Assembly (NCBI GenBank): GCA_001244265.2
Contig: CDLV01000005.1
Span: 2,852,001-2,916,000 of the forward strand
Length of the DNA stretch: 64,000 bases
DNA from: Microbotryum violaceum
Taxonomy: Eukaryota
Reading direction: 5' to 3'
Shown: positions 12,165 through 25,953 of the stretch, piece by piece
How positions within the stretch are numbered: the first letter of the stretch is position 1
Layout of the letters: each line of letters starts with the position of its first letter
Position numbers and translations under genes: made by a program
The notes under the pieces: model-generated
Database searches by the model: none
What the model saw: only the letters and a program-made list of their open reading frames with translations
What the model was told of the DNA's origin: nothing

Positions 12165-14439
12165 ATGAGCTACTTTCCACACTGCAACCCCACCTCGTCG
12201 TCCTCGCCCTCCTCTTCCTCCGCCCACCGAGCTCCCCCAGCCAGTGGCACCGCCCCGTCAGCTTCCCTCTTGGCCGCTTCCTCGATCCTGTCCCCCCTCG
12301 CGACCTCGTCCTTCCACCGCAACGACCTCCTTCATACCGCCCACTCGGGTGCCTCCACGACAACCCTCGCCTCAACCCAAAGTGCTCTGCCGTTGGAACT
12401 GCAGTCGGTTTGTGTGATTGGTGGCGGGATGGGGTGCAATGCGATCCTCGGCGCATTCGGAGCGGCGCAAAAGATCAGCTATGTCGTGCCGATTAGTGAC
12501 GATGGGGGTAGTTCGAGTGAAATTCAGAGGGTATTGGGTCAGTGAATCCGCTGTGCAGAGGGAAAGGGGAAGGTGGGGATCATGCGCTAATTTTTGACAT
12601 TGGAGGCGATCATTCTTCCGATAGGAGGTCCATCCGTAGGCGATATCAGGCAAGTCAAGTCTGAATCTTGAAGCACAAGAGGACTGAACAACGACTTGAA
12701 TTCTGCTAATCTTTGATTCTTGTACACCAGATCGCGGCTCGTGCGCTTGATCCCCGAGTCGTCGCCCAACTCACCCCTATTCGCGATCCGTCGACTGCTT
12801 GAGCACCGATTGGGCGATAACGACTCGATCCAAGTCAAAGCAGAGTGGCATAGTATCGTTGAAGGCAAACATCCCTTATGGCAGGTGGGTATCTTGGGCG
12901 CTTCATCCTCTGGGGCTGGTCACAGGGGCTGACCAGCGACGAGAGCCCACAGGGCATTCCGAATGATCGTAAAGAGACGATTAGGGCTTTCCTCATTCAC
13001 GTGGAAGCGGCCATACTGAGGAAAGCCAGACGGGTCAGTGGTGTTTTCGAACTTCGTTGCAAGTTGCACACGTCACGACGAAGCTGACTTGTTGGTCGAT
13101 CGTACTGCAGGGGTTTTCGTACAAGAGGGCCTCAATCGGCAACCTTTTCGTCGCCGGTGCCCAATTGTTTCTCGGATCGGTGCGTAATCTTCGAGTTTCC
13201 ACTATGCACGTCCACATTGCCGGAACTAATGTGCTTCTATTCTTCCGCTCAGATCCCATCCGCCATCTTTCTCTTTACTTCTATCACTGACATTCCACAC
13301 GAGAAGGTCCGGGTCGTACCCGTTATTAATACCGCGTCAACGGCTACGATCGCTGCTGAACTGGTCAGTCCGGAATCTCGATCACCGAGGTACAATCAAA
13401 TTCCAAAAGTGCTGACTTGACATCGCCGTGCCTCAGGAGGACGGCACCATCATTCCCGGCCAATCCGACATATCGCATCCATCCCAATCCTCCGAGTCGC
13501 TGTCCCAACCGTCGCAACCATCGACCCCTTCTTTCCTCGCCCCCAACCTCCCCGCTCCTGTCCGCATCCCCCCACTACCCGGAGCCGCCATTTCACACCC
13601 TCTGAACATTTCCCGAGTCTCTACCCCAGCCCTCCTCTTTGAAGCTCGTACGTTGGGCGACGAAGAAGACGATGACGACGATCCCTCAGGCCAAGGTCAG
13701 GACGGATTAAAAAACCCCAACGTTGGCTTCTCGAAGGATGAGATCATCCCTCTTCAAAGTCGGATCAAGAGGATCCTCTATCTCAACAGCTTTGGGTCGG
13801 AAATTTACCCTCGCGCAAACCCATTATTCTTGGAATCGTTAAAGACGAGTACTTGGTCTGTACAAAAGCGTTGCGACTTGCATCCGTGGTACATCTCGCT
13901 GATGTGGGAGACGATGTCCGGACCAGCCTGATCTATTCGCCAGGATCACTTTACACCTCTATAATACCCTGCTTGGCCCTCCGAAACGTCGGACCTTCAA
14001 TCGTCGATTCCCCAACTCTCAAATATAAGATACTCTTACTCAACTCGCGGTTGGATCGGGAAAGCGCAGGGTATGACGCGGGGGATTTCATGAGAGCGAT
14101 TCAAGGGGCTTGTGCGGCGCCTTATGGGGAGGAAGAAAGGGAGGTGAAAAGGATTGAGGTGAGGGAGGTGGTAAGTCATTTGGTTTACGTCGAGGAGGGA
14201 GAGGTGAGGGTTGATCGGGAAGAGATGGAGGTAAGTGGATTTTATCTCCGTTGGTCTCGGGAAGGATGGCCCGCAGCCCGCTGACGCCAGCTGGGTCCTC
14301 TTTGTTTCGACTTTGGGGCCCTTTTTTTTACTTGTAGACTCTTGGTGTCGTCTGCGTTCCTGTTCGGACACCGAGCCGCTTGTTTGACGAAGCAGTCGTC
14401 GCAGGGGCCCTGTCCAGCATTTTCGCAGAGGAGCGGTAG
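12165..14439 (+). CDS. CofD/UPF0052 (YvcK-like) family protein, multi-exon
   Basis: VIGGGMGCN..ISYVVPISDDGGSSSEIQRVLG|GPSVGDIR|SRLVRLIP, ASIGNLF, IYSPGSLYTSIIPCL and KILLLNS..DRES motifs. Last exon 14338-14439. Confidence 0.88.
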
Positions 14440-14686
14440 GGAACATGTTAACCCGTGCTATGGTGTATCATTCTAAGAGATTATTTGATGCAATATTAAT
14501 TTATCAAGGTGCGAAAAGGGCTCGAGCCACATGCCAAAGCTGTCGACGAAAGAATACCACGTTCGCGGATCTTGTGCATCTTAACCCGCCCCACACGCAA
14601 TGCGCGCGCTTGGCAAGCTCGGGCATCTTCTCCGTCCTTTACGCACCCACCCACACCACCGCACCGCCAAGCTCTCTCACTAAACG

Positions 14687-17442
14687 ATGGGACTCAGCTC
14701 GATCGTTCGTTTACCGGGTACCTCTTCCGGATTGGCGGAGAAGCCTCGCAAGTCGAGTGAGGAGGTTGACCATGCGCCTGAAGGGGCGGATGAGGACGAT
14801 ACAGAGTCAGTTAGGTATAGGTCGAGCACTATCGGACAGGGAGGAGATCTTTCACGCTGGCTGGGGAGGTGGTGCCTGCCTGCATCGGTGCGCCTGCGCG
14901 TCATCGAAGCCACCGGCGGCCCGTGATTCAGGCCAACAAGAAGTCTTGGGCTAAGCGAAAGTGGGACGCTGATGAATTGAACATTCGATGCAGGGTCCTG
15001 GATGAGGAGCCCAAGAACAGTGAGTGGTAGTGACAGTACACCCTGTGCAAAAGCCGAGCTGGCCTCTCGGCTCGCGTCTGTGGCGAGCAAGAGCACCTCG
15101 ATTGGCGCTGCGCTACGACCTGGGGCCGCACGATCGCCTGAAGGACAGTAAAGCATGTGGGATCGTTGGCGTGTCGACTATCGGCATGTCGACTATCTTT
15201 CCGGTGCACTCTGTGGGGACGAAGGGTCGAGGTCGTCGCGGGCTCAACTCGACCGCAGTCACGAACTGGCACGACTCATTTATCGCACGACTCATGGCAC
15301 GACTCATGGCACGACTCATTTATCGTCGGGAATCGCTGATCGTAGCTTTCACATGTGACGGCTTGCAGTGCTCTTGGCCCTCGTCTCGCAGCTGCGTATC
15401 GGCATGGATTTGAGCAAGATCACTCTGCCTGTGTAGGTCACCCCACCGCGCTTCTGCCGTGATGAACAGCGCAATCGTTTCCTGAGGTCACCGCACCCGG
15501 CGCGGCCCACGCTTGGCTTGCGCGCGCTGCTCCCGCGCCGGCGGCAATTCAGACGAGCGCGCCGTCGTCGTTGGCTTATCACGCTCTGTCCGGCGCCAAC
15601 CCGCCGCGCGTGTGCGGGTGACCGACGTGCATAACCCCCACACGCGATCGAGCGATTGCCTTTTCCGTGTGCAGAGCCAACAGCTCCGACGTAGGCGCCC
15701 CAATGCACCGAAAGAAGAAAAAAAAACTGACCCCACCAACCCACCTCTCTCTTGGTTTCGGTAGATTCGTGCTGGAGCCGAGATCTATGCTGGAGAGGGT
15801 CACGGATTTCCACTCGCACCCTGAATTGCTCCACGGGTACGCGTCGTTTCTCGGCGACTCTTCATCGGCGGGCGGCGCGCTTCGGCGATCGACCTCGATG
15901 GTAGACAGAGACACGCGGCTAATTGGGTATGTCCGTCTCAACTTTTCGATACAGCGTCGACAAGATCGAGTCACCCGAAGACCGATTCATCCAGGTGCTC
16001 CGATACTATCTGGGCGGCTGGCACATCAAGCCAAGGGGGGTCAAGAAGCCGTAAGTGTACCCACCCACACTTTGAAGAGCGATTGGTGCGGCCGACTCAT
16101 CTCTGTAGGAGGAATTGCAGATACAACCCCGTTCTTGGCGAATTTTTTCGATGCCGTTACGACTACCCCGATGGAACGGCGGCCTACTACGTCGCCGAAC
16201 AGGTGTCGCATCACCCTCCCATCTCGGCTTGGTGCGTTCCCAATTCCTCAATCGCGTTCAAACGAAATGATATTTGTTTAAACCTTTGGTCCCCTCGACA
16301 GGTACTTTTCTTCCCCCGAGAACGGACTCGACATTTGCGGCGAGCTGCGACCAAAGTCAAAGTTCCTCGGGAATTCCGCTGCGACAAGTGAGTCCGCGCG
16401 ATGTCCCGACAGCCTGTTTGAGATGGGGAAGAAGGCTGACTTGAACTGGGTTGTACGCTCACTAGTCATGGAGGGTGAGACGCACGTGATGCTCATGAAC
16501 AAGCGAGAGGACGGGGAGTATCATATCACCATGCCCAACATGTGAGCACGGGTCGCTTTTTTGCAGAGCGGCGAGGGGCTATTGTACTGATCCTTCCTGA
16601 GCTTTCGGTGCGTCACAAGGTACGCTCGTGGGATTCTGTTTGGCAAGGTAAGATCGGAATGGAACGTCTTGTTCACGGATGAGGTAGGGATTCGGTACTG
16701 ATCGTACCGCAAGCCGTGTGTGGAAATAGATGGTATTGGAGCTCGGCGATACTTCGATCGTCAAGAATGAAGAGAACGACATCACGTGCGACGTCGAGTT
16801 CAAAACCAAAGGCTTCTTCTCGGGAACATGTACGTACGAGCCGTGGCCGTCTTTGAGCTCCACCGTCTAGCAGACTGATTTTTTGAGCACATCACTTGCG
16901 CACAGACAACGCGATCGCGGGCAAGATCAAAGGGCCTAAGGGAGAGATTGGCGAGATCTCGGGCACGTGGAACGAGAAGATGGACATTCACCGGAAGGGC
17001 TTCAAGGTCAAGGAAACGTTGTTCGATGCGAGTACGGCCAAGATCACGCAGAAGGTCGTCGCGCCGGAGGATAAACAGTCCGAGAACGAGTCACGGAGGT
17101 AGGTCTTGGCGGAGAGTTGAGGGGGCTATGAGTTCTCGAACTGATGGAAGGGCTTGTGAATTGGCTTTTTGCAGACTCTGGAGCAAAGTGACGGCCGCGA
17201 TCAAGAAGAGCGACCTCGACGCCGCGACGGACGCCAAGACCGTGATCGAGGACGCGCAACGCGAAGCCGTTAGGAGGCGCGAGGAGGAAGGTGCGACATT
17301 CAAACCGCGCTTCTTTGAACTGACGGGCGAGAACGAGTATCGACCCATCTTCAAGGTGCCGATCGACAAGTCCGCCAAGGAACAACGACAAGCCGTGAGG
17401 GACTTTATTTATGGTGACGACTTTGAACCGGAGACCAAGTAA
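14687..17442 (+). CDS. Oxysterol-binding protein-related protein, short Osh6/Osh7-like type, many introns
   Basis: QLRIGMDLSKITLP, FVLEPRSMLER, KKP|YNPVLGEFFRC, signature EQVSHHPPISA, KSKFLGNSAA, ESRRLWSKVT. Confidence 0.92.
15268..15325 (+). repeat. Short tandem array of GCACGACTCAT (4 copies) in an intron of the Osh6/7-like gene
   Basis: ggcacgactcatttatc gcacgactcat ggcacgactcat ggcacgactcatttatcg. Confidence 0.8.
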
Positions 17443-18436
17443 TGGATCGAGGAGGTGTGTTGGGTTGCACCGTTTCTGATGGGGTACTTGTTGGGAAATG
17501 CAGAGATCCAGGATGTGTGGAGGAGGACGAGGGTATAGCTTCTAATCTATCCAGTCTTGCCTTGTCGTTCTTTCCCCCCGTCGTTCTACTTTTTCCTTTC
17601 CTTCTTCGTCATGTGCCTATCTTTTGTGTTTTTCTTCTTCTGCTACGAATGTTTGCTTGAAGTCTCATCACCCTGATCTTGAATACCATCCCCTCTGACG
17701 TTAGACAAGGTCCTAGCGGGAATCGGAGGCGGTCCGCTCACCCCTCTTCCTATTCTTCCTCTCTCTCTCGACCATCGTAATTGAAGGAAAATTTCCGTTG
17801 CCGCTGAAAATTTGTGTAAGTGAGCAGTCATTTCTTTAGAAATTGCGCGATCAGCTGATCGGGTCAGTTGGTTCGGTCTAGCCGAGTTCGGATCTCGGCC
17901 GAGATATCTTAGTGTGGGGGGTGCGCGGACGCTAAAGGTCGTCATCGGACGATCCCGAGGTTACGAGTGTTACCGTACGCCTGTTGGGTTCTTGCCCCTC
18001 ATGTCGACTTTGACCTTACCACGAGACCCGATTGGACCAGCCTCGAAGAATTCCGTAAGTTTTTAGGATTATAGCAAGTGTGACAACTCTGCTGTTATAC
18101 CAGCCCGTCGTCTACTCCGACCTTCGAAGTCGCCAGCGTTTCGGCGCACGCGTACGTGCCGAACCCGATGGAAAGGTTCGGGCTTGGTAACGCCGATCGC
18201 GGAGGCGGGGATTATTGGGGATTCATGTCCGCAAGCATGGACACATGTTGGAGCTACGATGACTAGGTGGCCTATGACCTGCATCAAAGTGACTAATGCC
18301 TGTGCACTTACCGCAAATCCGTTAGAACCGATCGAACTGGCCTCACTGCCTCACCTAGCCCGAGCTTTCCTTCCCGAGCTGCGCTGCTAACAAATCCAAC
18401 CCTTCCCCCCATCCACCAGTGCTCTAATCCTCCAAG

Positions 18437-19853
18437 ATGGTGCAAGACCCCGCCCACGCGATCAAGGATGCCAACTTCCCCGTCGACGCCTACGGAGCGA
18501 CCTACCACGTCGGTATTCGACCGGGCCAAATCGCCAACCGGATCCTCACCGTCGGTGACCCAGCTCGGCTAGCCAAGATCGCTAAACTCTTCGATTCCTT
18601 ACCGAAGCCTTGTCAGTTGACTTCGAGAAGAGGTTTCGTCACTCTGACGGGAAGGTATCGAGGTATTCCTGTGAGCGTGATGGCGATTGGGATGGGTATC
18701 GCGAATATGGATTTCTTCGTTAGGGAAGCTCGAGCCGTCGTTGAAGGCGATCTAGCGATCATCCGATTCGGAAGTTGTGGGACGCTCGATGATGAGATTT
18801 TGAAAGTGGGCGATGTCAATGTTCCGGAAAGAGCGTTGAGTGTGACGACCGATTACGACTATTGGCATCGGGGTGAGAGGGGACCGGTTGTTACGGGATT
18901 CATCGATCAAGACGTCGCAGGATCGAATTCTTCCGCGTATCGTATCTCCCAACCCGTGGCCGCTGATCAGGAATTGAGGCAGAAAGTGAGCTCCGGTATG
19001 GGTTTTCCTCCGATTCGGCAATCTCGGCTGATATCCCAATGTTTCGGCCCGATTCCGCAGTTGATCGACTCACTTCGAGAAGGCCTTTCAGGGCCAGAGG
19101 ATCAAGGCCGACTCGTTCCTACCGATTTGCACGCTTCGGCGGATGGTTTCTGTTAGTACTCACCTCACTGAGTGTTAAATTTTAATCGAATACCGACTGA
19201 CATGATCAAACAGACGCAAGTCAAGGCCGGAGCGACCCTAACTTTGACGATGCGAACGAACATTTGATCGCGGATCTGGCGAGCAAGCCGATCGGCGTGC
19301 AGTCGCTCGAAGTCAGTCCTAGGCAATTTGGTCAATATTGTCCCTCCAACGAAGACTCACTTATTGTATTTTCTTTTACACTACCAGATGGAGACGGCAC
19401 ATCTGTTAGTTCGCTCGCTGCCAATAGCCCCTATTCCCCGTTACCCCCTTTCCACTCGCTCCTCACCACTGAAGCCTTCACCCTCCCTCTCATCCAGTTT
19501 CCATCTCGCCCATATCTCAACCTCAAAGAAAGGCAAAATCCATGCCGCAGCGTCGCATATGATCTTCACGGGTCGAACAGGGCAGAGTGCCGGAGCGTTC
19601 ATCGATGGCGATTTGGTCGAGAGACTCGAACCGATTACGGGGCGAGCGGCGTTGGAAGCTTTGATTGCTTTTGAAATCAAGGTTCGTCGTCCACTGGCAC
19701 GGGGTGATGATCGTTTTTGTGAGAAATTTTCGTCGGCGCATTGGGAAGCTGATATTTCTTTACTTGGTGACTCGACAGGAGTCTCACCCAGTGAAAAATT
19801 CAGTGTGGCAGATGGAGTTCCCTGGAGGAGGCAACGACTCGGGTGTAGAATAA
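18437..19853 (+). CDS. Uridine/purine nucleoside phosphorylase family protein (PNP_UDP_1)
   Basis: DANFP..TYHVG..IANRILTVGDPARL, SRRGFVTLTGRYRGIPVSVMAIGMG..MDFFVRE, IIRFGSCG, SADGF|YASQGR and LE|METAHL motifs joined by introns. Confidence 0.9.
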
Positions 19854-20323
19854 ACTGGTCACCTTGTTCATGCAATACGAACCGAGTTTGAAAGTCTTCA
19901 ACTGAGTGCACCAGAACATGCTCCCAGTGACTTGAGCTGAGCGCATCGGATCTCTGTCCAAAGTATTGATCAGATCGTCCGCAACTGGTTAGGGCACGAA
20001 GGTGCAGCGAGGACGTGATGTAAGGAGGGAACTGGATTTCTCAAGAAACAACCAATTCTATGCACTAATGCGCCATAGACAAAGACTATATGCAGACCAT
20101 GGAGAGACTTCTTTGGCTATCATTCACGAGCTTCGGTAAGCTCAACTGCGCACCCACCCTGCCCTGCGGGATGTGCACAGGTGTAGGTAGCAAGCTCCGT
20201 AGGTCTCGATTAAGTGTACACATCAACGGAAGAAATAAAAAAGAGAGAGAAATGTTAAAAGTCTATAAAGAGAGAGGATCTCATATCGATAATACTTTGC
20301 CGAACAGAGGAGGCACCGCGTGA

Positions 20324-23124
20324 CTAGAAGATATCGGGATCCTCGAACTTTTTCTCGTCGCGGACCTTGACTGCGAACCCGGAAGAGAGCGATACATCAG
20401 TCTTCCGTCCACGGTTTGCAGCTCCAGACGCAAGTGCAAGAGTGACCACTCACAGTATTCGCCTGTGTACTTCCACCCCGAGCCTTGCTTGGTAAACCAC
20501 TTGGGCACCGGTGCGTCCCCACCCTTCTGTTCCAACTCAATCCTCTTGGCCCTCTGCTTCTCCTCGACCCTCTTCTTGCTCTGTTCGGCCTCCTCTATGT
20601 TTCCTTCCTCCATCTGCCTCTGATCAGGCCTCAACCTCGAATCTGTAGGAGCCATTCGATCCTTCTCCACTTCCGTAATCTCATTCAACGACGAAGCGAA
20701 CTTGCTGAAGCCGTAGTACTTTTCAGGGTTGTTGGGGAAATCCTTGATCGACCACAAGCGCGTGAATTCATCCTTGCCATTCTTGCGCGAAACTTCTTCG
20801 TCCCATCGTCCGACGAGTTCCGTCTGACTTTGCCCATTCGCATCCTTGATCTGCGCGACCAACTTGTTCCTCGTCGATGAACCGCCCCACGCCGAACCTT
20901 CTTTGAACTCAACCGTCGCGGATTCGCCCTTGTTCTCGTTCGTCACCGTCATCGTACCAACGATTTCAATGTACTTGGTCCCTGCCATGAGGTTGCGCAC
21001 GAACGAACTCGGCTTCTTGATGGTATATCGATCCTCCGTGTCCTTGAACGTAATCACAAACTCGCCCGAGACCAAAATCTCCATGCACCTTCCCCAAAAC
21101 TTTTGGTCCGGTGCGAGGTAACCATCAATCTGCCACTTTTTCGCTTCGGAATGAAAGCCCAACACGGGCGGACGATGAGACAATTTCTCAGCGACGAATT
21201 TGAATCCTTTGTCCGGTCGAACACATTCGTACGTCTCCCCTAACAAAGGATTAAAAGGTTTACGCGAGGCGCGATATTTGTTCCCTGCGTTGCCGGAAAT
21301 GGCGAAGACGGTGACGAGCGCAAGTCGTTCGATCGAGTCCTCGGTCGCGGCGGCTTTGTCAAGTAAGTCGGTGTATTCGAATTCTTCGGCGATGCGTTGC
21401 AATGCCGAGAGCGGTTCGTTCGTCGAGACGGGGAACGAAATGGTGGAGAGGTCCTTGCCGACGTTCTTGCGCAATAATGACAGCATCGAAAATTCCTGAC
21501 CTTGCGGCACGGACAGTTGGGAGCGTCGTTGGACATCCTTGATTTCACTTCTTGAAGTAGCCGAGGACTGCCTCGAAGCAGGTGGCGGACTTTTGTCGTC
21601 TTCTTCTTCTTCGACTCCTTTGTCCAACGAAGTAAAGGACGAATCCTCAATCGATGCCTCTTCTTCGGACGACGACCCCTCCATTTCATCAAGGACGAAC
21701 TCTCCCGGTGCATCGTAAAAGTCCTCATCGCCTCCGGAATTGATGGACGAAACAGAAGCTTCACCATAACTCGAATAGATGGATTGCCTCGAAGCATAAG
21801 ATTTGGTCGCCGTTTCGAAAGCACCGGCGCCTGCGAACTGCGAGGACAAGTACTCGTACTGCGCTTTGAGTGTGCCGAGCGCCGTAGCGTATCGAGTGAC
21901 GAGCGCTTCGTTCGTCGACGCCTTGGCATCGAAGTAGGAATGATCATCCGAGACGGACTTGGACGCACTGCGATGACGACCGGTGCCGAGCCCGAGTTTG
22001 GATTTGAGCGAATGGCCCGACGAGTAACCGCCGCTGTTGGGTGACAGGGCACCGGGGGAGGTGATTTTTTGATTAACATTGTTCGGCGTGCCGAGCGACG
22101 AGGGGCTTTGGCCCCGGAAATCGTTTAAAATACATTCGAGCTCTTGGAGGGGCTGTGGGACGCGGCTCTGGACCTCAGTCTCGGCGTTCCGCGTTCCGAG
22201 GCAAGGCGGAGGCGAGTCCATGCGTCGCACTGACCTGAGCCATTCGTTTGACGGCCGCGTCAATGCCTTGGTTGCTCGAAGGGAATCCACTACCCAAACT
22301 CGATCCACTTGGACTCTTTGCAGCATTCGATCCACCGTCACGTTCTTGGAGGGTGTCGTTGACCTCCTTGTACGCCTTGACCCACTTATCGAAATCAGCC
22401 GACTGGGAGGTGCAATTTTTCGACATCATTATGAGCCCCCAACCGACGGAAACACGTTCAAAACAACCCGCAGCTCTGACACACCGTCAAAGCCTTGCAA
22501 TGGTACACCGTCTTTCCGGAATCGATATGGATCGACCTCGTTTTGCGGTTCGCCGAGATGTAGGCCAGGTTGACCGAGATGGAATCGCGGATCGGCGAAT
22601 GCGTGTTGAACGCGTAGCTGAGTGTGCCCTGTGGTGGTAATGTAATGTATGGGAGACATTAGTTGTGGTTTTTTTTTCAAAAATCTGTTGTAGTAAACTG
22701 AGATAGCCTGAGCCATTTTCCCCCCTCGGTCTCGCTGTCATTGCCGCAGCTCGACAGGGCGGGTGGGGAAAACGCCGAGCGGATGCGTTGTCCGACAAGT
22801 GGGGGTGGGCGAATGACGACGAAAGGCCGAACGGCAAGTGCCGGAAACCCTCAAAGAGCGCGACGATGACCTACCGTCGAAGTGAGATAAAAGTACCTCC
22901 TAGCCATGCCTTGCATCTTTTTACGCTTCTTCCTGTAAGTGACATTTTTGAATGGATTGCCGATTGATCAGTCCCGTGAGGGATTGCATAAGTACCGCGG
23001 GGACTGGGGTGTCCTAGGCGGGGTAGGTCAGTGCGGGCGGGCGGGCCACGTACTTGAGCAGATAGCCTTGCATGATGCAGTCCTCGGGAGGAGCCGCGCT
23101 GGAGGGATAGCCTTCCGGAGCCAT
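20324..23124 (-). CDS. Osh3-like oxysterol-binding protein with PH domain, FFAT-like motif and ORD
   Basis: PH exons (QGYLLK|KKRKKMQGMARRYF; IHIDSGKTVYHCKAL) and FFAT-like EDFYDAP. ORD motifs LRKNVGKDLSTISFPVSTNEPLSALQRIAEE, RKPFNPLLGETYE, EKLSHRPP, PTDSRLRPDQR. Confidence 0.92.
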
Positions 23125-23947
23125 GCTGACGAGGGTTGGTTGAGGGAGGGTGAGGGTGAAGAGAGGGACGATGCACGAGGCACGAGGCACGAGGTAGGAG
23201 GAAATCACGGGCAAAGGAGCATCACCGCTCAGCGCTCAGCTCAGCCGTGGCCAGCTTTCGCGCTCGCACGGGCATTGCGTCGGTATCACATCAACGCGCA
23301 GGCACGTCTCCGGGGAAGACGCTTGTCGAGTTGGGCCCCCGAGCTCGCCGTCGATACGCACGCCAACAGTTCAATTTCACGGTGACACTTATGAAGTCGT
23401 CCGTCGGAGAGCTCGGGAATGGGTCTGAAACTGCACTGCTGGGTGGTCGCCGTGGGACTTTTTCACCCACCGCCACAAAAGTATGCTTTTGTTTTCAAGA
23501 TCGAGCTCTTGGTGTCATGTATCAACAGCAAGGCGGCCTTCAGAAAGTGACTCTTGGGACTGAGTCAGCAAGTTTTTGTCGCCGGCGTCCCGTCGCCGAT
23601 TCACACTTTGCGCAACGGCTCGTGGCGGGGCATTGGGACAGGTAGGGAACGGAACGGAATATCCAGAGCTTGGTAAACATCCAAGGAATAGGTCACGAAT
23701 TTTGACCGAAAATTCCGATGGACTCTGTACCCAGAATCGTTCATCATCGGCTGAATCTTCGGACTGGAGCAGACCGGCGCGGGTCACGTGCAACTTCAAG
23801 GGCCTCGCTTCATCATCTCTCGAGCTTGAACAAGAGTGGGTATTACAACAACTCTGCATCAACGTCAGTACACACATAAACGACAAAACAATCCACCGGT
23901 CGATCGATTGCCCCACCACCACAACATCCACCATCCCCACACTCCCC

Positions 23948-25401
23948 TCACGCCGTCTGAGGATAGTATGACATCGCCGGTCTGTACCGTTCCGTCTCGG
24001 TCGTCTGCCTCGGATTTGCAGCCTTCTCAACTTGGCGAACCTGTTGCTCGTGAACTTGGAGGTTGTGGGTTCGGACTGAATCTTCGGCGCCGAGGGCTAT
24101 GCAGGCGATGATGGGGTTTTGGAAGAAGCCGAGGACGAACGCTGGGACGGGGGTTGCCAGGAGCGTTGCAGTGGAGGACGGGGTTTACAAGAAAGGGTCA
24201 GTACGACGCTGACGGTTAGATTGTATTCAAAGGCCTATTTGCACTCACCAAAGACAAGCTTTATGATCTGCGGCACCCACGTATGAGCCATATTCCTGCC
24301 GCCCCATATCGGCGCGATGATCGCGATTGTAATCGGCCACCACGCCAAAAAGAACACCGCACTCAACACCGCACCTTGCCAAATGGTCCTCCCCAACCTC
24401 TTGAACCAGACTTTGGCCGGGACACCTCGGACTAAGAGATCGTTCGAGTGGGAGCCCTGGAATATTCGGAGCCAGCGACGGAGGGAGGGTCGCTGGTGGA
24501 AGGCTCGGTAGATGGCTCCGCGGGGTCGAGTGGACAAGGGTTCTTGGATAGGGAAAGGTTCGTTGGGGGATAGAGTCGTGTCGGGCCATGTTCTTGAGAA
24601 GGGGGTGATCATGCCATTGCGTATGTCGGCGTGAACGAAGCTGTGAGGTGTGAGCCAGAGAGCGAGAGCACGTGATCGAAATGGGGTCAGCTCCCTAAAG
24701 ATTGGAAATGCCGTGTCCGGTGGGGATCGCTGCGACTCACGATGAAGCAATGACGAAGGAAAGGATTCCTTGGATAAAGACGGTCACTGCGCAGTCCTGA
24801 AGGTAATGCAAATGCAATTAGCATCCACGGACTTGCCGCTCACCGGATCGAACGTCGCTTGTCCCATCGTCGAGTTGCTCACCCCCGCGATCGTGTTGTG
24901 ATTGATATCCCAGACTGTAATGTTGTTCTGCGATCTGTACATCGCACACGCAATCCCAAAGTTGATCCCTCCATCCAAAATGGCCGCTCCGATCGTCTGG
25001 GGCAGCCACAAATAGAGCAGTTGCCGGGTCGTCAACGGGACCGGCAGTGCCAATGGGTTCATCAGAGCGAACGACGGCGCCGGGGATCGTGTACTCCGGT
25101 TCGGGTTCGGGGGTCGGGGTGTTCGCTTCTCTGAGGAGTGCGAATTGCGTCCTGGGATTTCTGTGCCGATTGTTCCGGGTTGGTGGAGACGAGCGAGACT
25201 TGAGGCAGGCTGGCGGTCGTCGTCGTCCGCGGAGGACGAGAAACCCCCTGCGACGGTGGCGGTCACGCTGACCGTAACCGTGGCAAGCGTGGTCGCCGCC
25301 GCCGTCGTCGTCGTGCCAGTCGTAGCGCCAGTGTCGTCCGTCGTCATGCGAGAGTGCTGCGTACCCGCCTGTTCGTCCGTCTCCAACTTGGCCTGGTCCA
25401 T
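23948..25401 (-). CDS. Multi-pass membrane protein of unknown function (start uncertain)
   Basis: Hydrophobic exons (LLYLWLPQTIGAAILDGGINFGIACAMY; AG|DCAVTVFIQGILSF; GAVLSAVFFLAWWPITIAII; FVLGFFQNPIIACIALG) join across canonical introns. Confidence 0.7.
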
Positions 25402-25953
25402 CTCTCTCCAAAGCTGGGTTGAAGGAGTGGGCCAAGGAAGCAACGTGTAGTAGCGAGGAGCGTTCATTGATTGATTTCCTTTCGGATTCGGGCCAACGCG
25501 GGCGCCGGAAATGAACCAACTTCTTATCCGCGCACGGACCAGCGTTTGTCGATATATTATTGTATTATTGTACGCCGACTGGTCTGTTCCCACCGCTCGT
25601 TCGGGGTCAGCACCTTGCGGAAAATACTGAAATTTAATAAATCCTTTAGTATCCGGGACGTTCTTGATCCGAGTCGATCGGCCGTCGTTAGCTGAACTGC
25701 CGTAAACTGATCCACTGCAGGCCCCAGGCAGGGCCCTTTCTCCGTCGTCGGCGATCGGACCAGGGCGCGGCCGTGCGAGAACGTGGGTCTGGGCGTGGCA
25801 GCTGCTAGAACGTCAATTTACGTCAATGGCGCAGGTCCCCTCGGGCCCCTAACCTTCACGTTCGCCGCGGCTCTTCCTCTTTCCACCCTCACCTCCTCTT
25901 CCTGGAACGGTCCGTACTGTCTAACGGCGTAAGCCTAAGGTTCACAAGACAAG

